Assembly (NCBI GenBank): GCA_036679645.1
Contig: JAZDCY010000049.1
Coordinates: 1-14,851, forward strand
Direction of reading: 5' to 3'
DNA: 14,851 bases
DNA from: Gemmatimonadota bacterium
Lineage (GTDB): Bacteria > Gemmatimonadota > Gemmatimonadetes > Gemmatimonadales > GWC2-71-9
In this document: in pieces, positions 11,755-14,851 of the stretch
Layout: each line of letters starts with the position of its first letter
Numbering within the stretch: the stretch's first letter is position 1
Notes under the pieces: generated by a model
Database searches by the model: none
What the model saw: only the letters and a program-made list of their open reading frames with translations
What the model was told of the DNA's origin: nothing
Position numbers and translations under genes: made by a program

Positions 11755-14405
11755 GTACGCTCCTTCTCGCGCTCGCGTGCGACCACCTCTGCCGGCGCGC
11801 GGCTGGTGAATTGCTCGTTGGCGAGCTTCTGTTCCTGGGCGGCCAACCTGCGATCGAGTCCGGCGAGTTCCTCCGTCAGTCGCGTGCATTCTTTCTCGAT
11901 GTCAATGGCGTCGCCGAGGGGAACGAAGACAGCAGTGCCGTCGCCGAGCACCGCGTGTGCTCCGGTGCCCTCAGCGTCCCCGTCCAGGACGAGTGGGTCG
12001 ATCTTGGCGAGCCGCTCGATCGTGCGTTGCTCCGCATTGAAGGCCTCGGTGGCATCGAGCGAGGCCGGCTGCACCACGACCCGGACCGTTCGGTTCGGGG
12101 GTACCCCGTACTCGGCACGCACGTTTCTGACGGCTCCCACCAGGGCCTGTACGTGCGCGAACTGCGCTTCCGCTTCCATGTCGATCAGCGCGGGGTTGGG
12201 GCTCGGCCAGGCCGAAGCCGCGAGCATGGTGTCGTGCGCGCCGGGGAGATGATCCCACAGGGCCTCGGTAATGAACGGCATGACCGGATGCAACAGCCGC
12301 AACGCCGTTTCGAACACGTGGAGCAGGATCGCGCGGGCAACCTCCGTTCCGCGCTGCGTGCCGTAGAGCCGTGGTTTCACCTGCTCGGCGTACCAGTCCG
12401 CCAGCGCGCCCCAGACGAAGCGGTAGACGAGGTTCGCGGCATCGTTCAGGCGGAACCGTTCGATGGCGTCGGTCGTGTCGGCAATCGCGCGCTGGCACTG
12501 CGAGAGGATCCACCGATCGGCCAGCTCGAACTGAGCGGGGTCGAGGGTGTCAACCGGGGTGGCTGTCCCGTCGGTCGCCGACAGAACGAACCGACCCAGG
12601 TTCCAGAGCTTGTTCGCGAAGTTCCGGCCGGCGGCGAAAGTCCCCTCGAGATCGGCCCGATCCATGATGATATCGGTGCCTGCGGCTGCACCGGCGACCG
12701 ACGTGAATCTCAGTGCGTCGGCGCCGAACAGGCGCACGATGTCGAGCGGGTCGATGCCGTTGCCCAACGACTTGCTGAACGAACGATGCTGCGGGTCGCG
12801 CACCATCCCGTTCAGGTAGACCGTGTCGAACGGCACCCGGTCGAGGAAATGGAGCCCGCCCATCACCATGCGAGCTACCCAGAAAAAGATGATATCGGGG
12901 CCGGTGACAAGCGTGTGTCCGGGGTAGAATCGATCGAGGTCCACCGTCCGTTCCGGCCAGCCGAACGTGGCGAACGGCCAGAGCCATGACGAGAACCACG
13001 TGTCCAACACGTCCTCATCCTGTCTCAATGCGGCGCCACCGCAGGCGGGGCAAGCCTCGGGCGCGGTCTTCGCAACCGCAATATGGTCGCAGCCCTGTGC
13101 CTCACAGTACCATGCCGGTATCCGGTGTCCCCACCACAGCTGTCGCGAGATGTTCCAGTCCCGGATCTGGGTGAGCCATTGCTCGTACACACTGCCCCAG
13201 CGTTCCGGAACGAAACGGACCGCGCCCTGGCGGTGCGCCTCGAGCGCGCGACTGGCGAGCGGCTTCATCTTCACGAACCACTGATCGGAGAGCCGCGGCT
13301 CAACCGGAGTGTGGCAGCGGTAGCAGTGCCGAATGGCGTGCTCGTAGGGTTCGATTCCTTCGATCAGGTCTTCCGCTTCCAGCAGCTCGACAACCCGCTT
13401 GCGCGCCTCGTAGCGGTCGAGTCCGCGCAGCGCCTTTGGCACGCGGTCGCTCTGGGCCATCGCGGCATCTTCATCGATGATCACCGGTGGGTCCACGTCG
13501 GGCAGGATGTCGTGGGCTATGTCGAAGTCGGTTGCGTCGTGCGCCGGCGTCACCTTCAGCATTCCCGTGCCGAAGTTCGTTTCGACCAGCGTGTGCGTGT
13601 GGATCGTGATCCGGGTTCCGGAGAGCGGAATCTCGACCTCGCGTCCGGTCAGCGCCGCGAACCGCTCATCGTCGGGATGGTGCACTACCGCGACGTCACC
13701 GAACATCGTCTCGGGCCGGGTAGTCGCGACAATGATGTACTCCCCCTTTCCCCCCTCTTCGGGACCCGGGGATCGCGGGCGCAGACGATAGCGAATGTGG
13801 TACAACTTTCCTGCCGTATCCTCGAATTCCGCTTCTTCGTCGGACAACGACGTGTGGCAGCGGGGACACCAGTGGATCACGCGATGTCCGCGGTAGATTA
13901 GTCCCTGCTCGTGGAGCGTGACAAAGACGTGAACGACGGCTTGACAGTACGCCTCGTCGAACGTGAACCGGGTTCGCGACCAGTCACACGACGCGCCGAT
14001 CGCCCTGAGCTGTTCGAGGATCGTCCCGCCCTTCTCGCGTACATGCTCCCACACGCGTTCGACGAAGCGTTCGCGCCCCAAGTCTTGTCGCCGCTTGCCC
14101 TCTTTCGCGAGCTGGCGTTCGACTACGTTCTGTGTGGCGATACCCGCGTGATCGGTACCCGGGAGCCACTCGGTCTCGCGTCCGCGCATGCGCTCGAAGC
14201 GGATGAACACGTCCTGGATCGTGTTGTTCAGGCCATGTCCCATGTGCAGCACGTCGGTGACGTTCGGCGGTGGGATGACTATCACGTATGGGTCCCGGTC
14301 GGACGCCGGGTCCGCCACGAACACGCCCTTATCGAGCCAGCGCTGGTATACGCCCGCCTCGATCTCGCTCGGGTTGTACTGCGGCGCAAGTTGTGTCGTC
14401 GTCAT
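11700..14405 (-). CDS. valS: Valine--tRNA ligase
   Basis: PPPNVT..LHMGH (HIGH), GTDHAGIATQ, DWSRTRFT, ATTRPETMFGD, GTG.LKVTPAHD, DWNISRQLWWGHRIP, DEDVLDTWFSS, DIIFFWVARM, SFSKSLGNGIDP (KMSKS variant), NFANKLWN, LHPVMPFITE, and a C-terminal coiled coil KLANEQF...AP.EVV. Start is ATG 14405 (SD-like GGCGGA). Confidence 0.98.
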   Translation of the reverse strand: MTTTQLAPQYNPSEIEAGVYQRWLDKGVFVADPASDRDPYVIVIPPPNVTDVLHMGHGLNNTIQDVFIRFERMRGRETEWLPGTDHAGIATQNVVERQLAKEGKRRQDLGRERFVERVWEHVREKGGTILEQLRAIGASCDWSRTRFTFDEAYCQAVVHVFVTLHEQGLIYRGHRVIHWCPRCHTSLSDEEAEFEDTAGKLYHIRYRLRPRSPGPEEGGKGEYIIVATTRPETMFGDVAVVHHPDDERFAALTGREVEIPLSGTRITIHTHTLVETNFGTGMLKVTPAHDATDFDIAHDILPDVDPPVIIDEDAAMAQSDRVPKALRGLDRYEARKRVVELLEAEDLIEGIEPYEHAIRHCYRCHTPVEPRLSDQWFVKMKPLASRALEAHRQGAVRFVPERWGSVYEQWLTQIRDWNISRQLWWGHRIPAWYCEAQGCDHIAVAKTAPEACPACGGAALRQDEDVLDTWFSSWLWPFATFGWPERTVDLDRFYPGHTLVTGPDIIFFWVARMVMGGLHFLDRVPFDTVYLNGMVRDPQHRSFSKSLGNGIDPLDIVRLFGADALRFTSVAGAAAGTDIIMDRADLEGTFAAGRNFANKLWNLGRFVLSATDGTATPVDTLDPAQFELADRWILSQCQRAIADTTDAIERFRLNDAANLVYRFVWGALADWYAEQVKPRLYGTQRGTEVARAILLHVFETALRLLHPVMPFITEALWDHLPGAHDTMLAASAWPSPNPALIDMEAEAQFAHVQALVGAVRNVRAEYGVPPNRTVRVVVQPASLDATEAFNAEQRTIERLAKIDPLVLDGDAEGTGAHAVLGDGTAVFVPLGDAIDIEKECTRLTEELAGLDRRLAAQEQKLANEQFTSRAPAEVVAREREKERTWRDQRATLSEKLRVLGC

Positions 14406-14437
14406 TTGCGTTCCGCCGGCCACGCTGCCGAGCCGGC

Positions 14438-14851
14438 TCAGGTCGTTTCGGGGGTAGTCTGGTGTGGTTGCGGGGGGAGATCGCTCCCATTCACGAGAAT
14501 CCGGTTCACGACGACATCTGCCCCGGGCACCGCCCGCGCTACGTCCCCGGCCGCCTGACGGGCTACGGCATCGGGCGCGAGCCCGGTGAGCTCGATCAGC
14601 CCCGCGCCGGGCGCGAGGACAGTGATGTCAAACAGACGGGTCGCGTCGTGCTCCCGGAGCGCCTCCTGCACCGCTTCGCGGATCAACTCGGGGTCGAGGG
14701 ACGGTTCTTTCCGGCCACGCAGGCGGCCGACGGCGCGCCGGATGCGGTCGGAGCGCACGTCGCCGAGCATCTCACCGGCGACCATGCCCACGACGAGACC
14801 GCACGCGAAGCCGAACGCGGCGGTGATGCCGGCCCCGATAGGGCTCTCTTC
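14438..14851 (-). CDS. BON-domain protein with an N-terminal membrane helix, 5' end beyond the window edge
   Basis: The frame is open to 14851: EESPIGAGITAAFGFACGLVVGMVAGEMLG (TM helix), then the BON pattern AVQEAL......DITV...G.IELTG......Q.A.DVARAVPGADVVVNRILV. Confidence 0.78.
   Translation of the reverse strand, partial: EESPIGAGITAAFGFACGLVVGMVAGEMLGDVRSDRIRRAVGRLRGRKEPSLDPELIREAVQEALREHDATRLFDITVLAPGAGLIELTGLAPDAVARQAAGDVARAVPGADVVVNRILVNGSDLPPQPHQTTPETT

Noticed and set aside
11755..11889. Longer 473-aa start for the Ig-like lipoprotein
   Set aside because: It adds an Arg/Gly-rich off-frame valS translation ahead of the signal peptide, whereas GTG 11754 has a strong SD.
11622..12989. 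455-aa plus-strand ORF, and other long antisense ORFs such as 6439-7368, 8278-9162 and 13083-13901
   Set aside because: They are antisense shadows of valS, purN and the PPC gene, expected in high-GC DNA, and have no recognisable motifs.
1..14851. tRNA (including tRNA-Sec), riboswitch, CRISPR array, IS or integrase
   Set aside because: All intergenic gaps are at most ~120 nt and show no such structure, and I saw no regular DNA repeats or transposase/integrase motifs.

Overview
High-GC chromosomal window. Gene content and protein style suggest an FCB-group bacterium, most likely Gemmatimonadota (inference). Most of it is one tightly packed, probably co-transcribed minus-strand run: BON-domain membrane protein (partial) > valS > Ig-like (Big_5-type) lipoprotein > selA > secreted 5x PPC-like repeat protein > purN > purH > DUF2723/TMEM260-family GT-C membrane protein. 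This run converges, across an 18-bp hairpin, on a plus-strand YncD/PqqU-like TonB-dependent receptor. A divergent TIGR02265/DUF2378-like gene, missed by the ORF track, runs off the left edge. The most interesting signal is a candidate protein O-glycosylation (O-mannosylation) system: a TMEM260/DUF2723-type transferase shares the operon with a lipoprotein carrying 16 Bacteroidota-type D-(S/T)-(A/L/V/T) sequons, while the neighbouring cytosolic PurH has none. Other notable points: selA is split by a frameshift that looks like a short deletion; the TonB receptor lacks the conserved GGVxxxT plug strand; the PPC protein has one regularly spaced Cys pair per repeat; ValRS has SFSKS in place of KMSKS. 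I found no RNA genes, CRISPR arrays or mobile elements.
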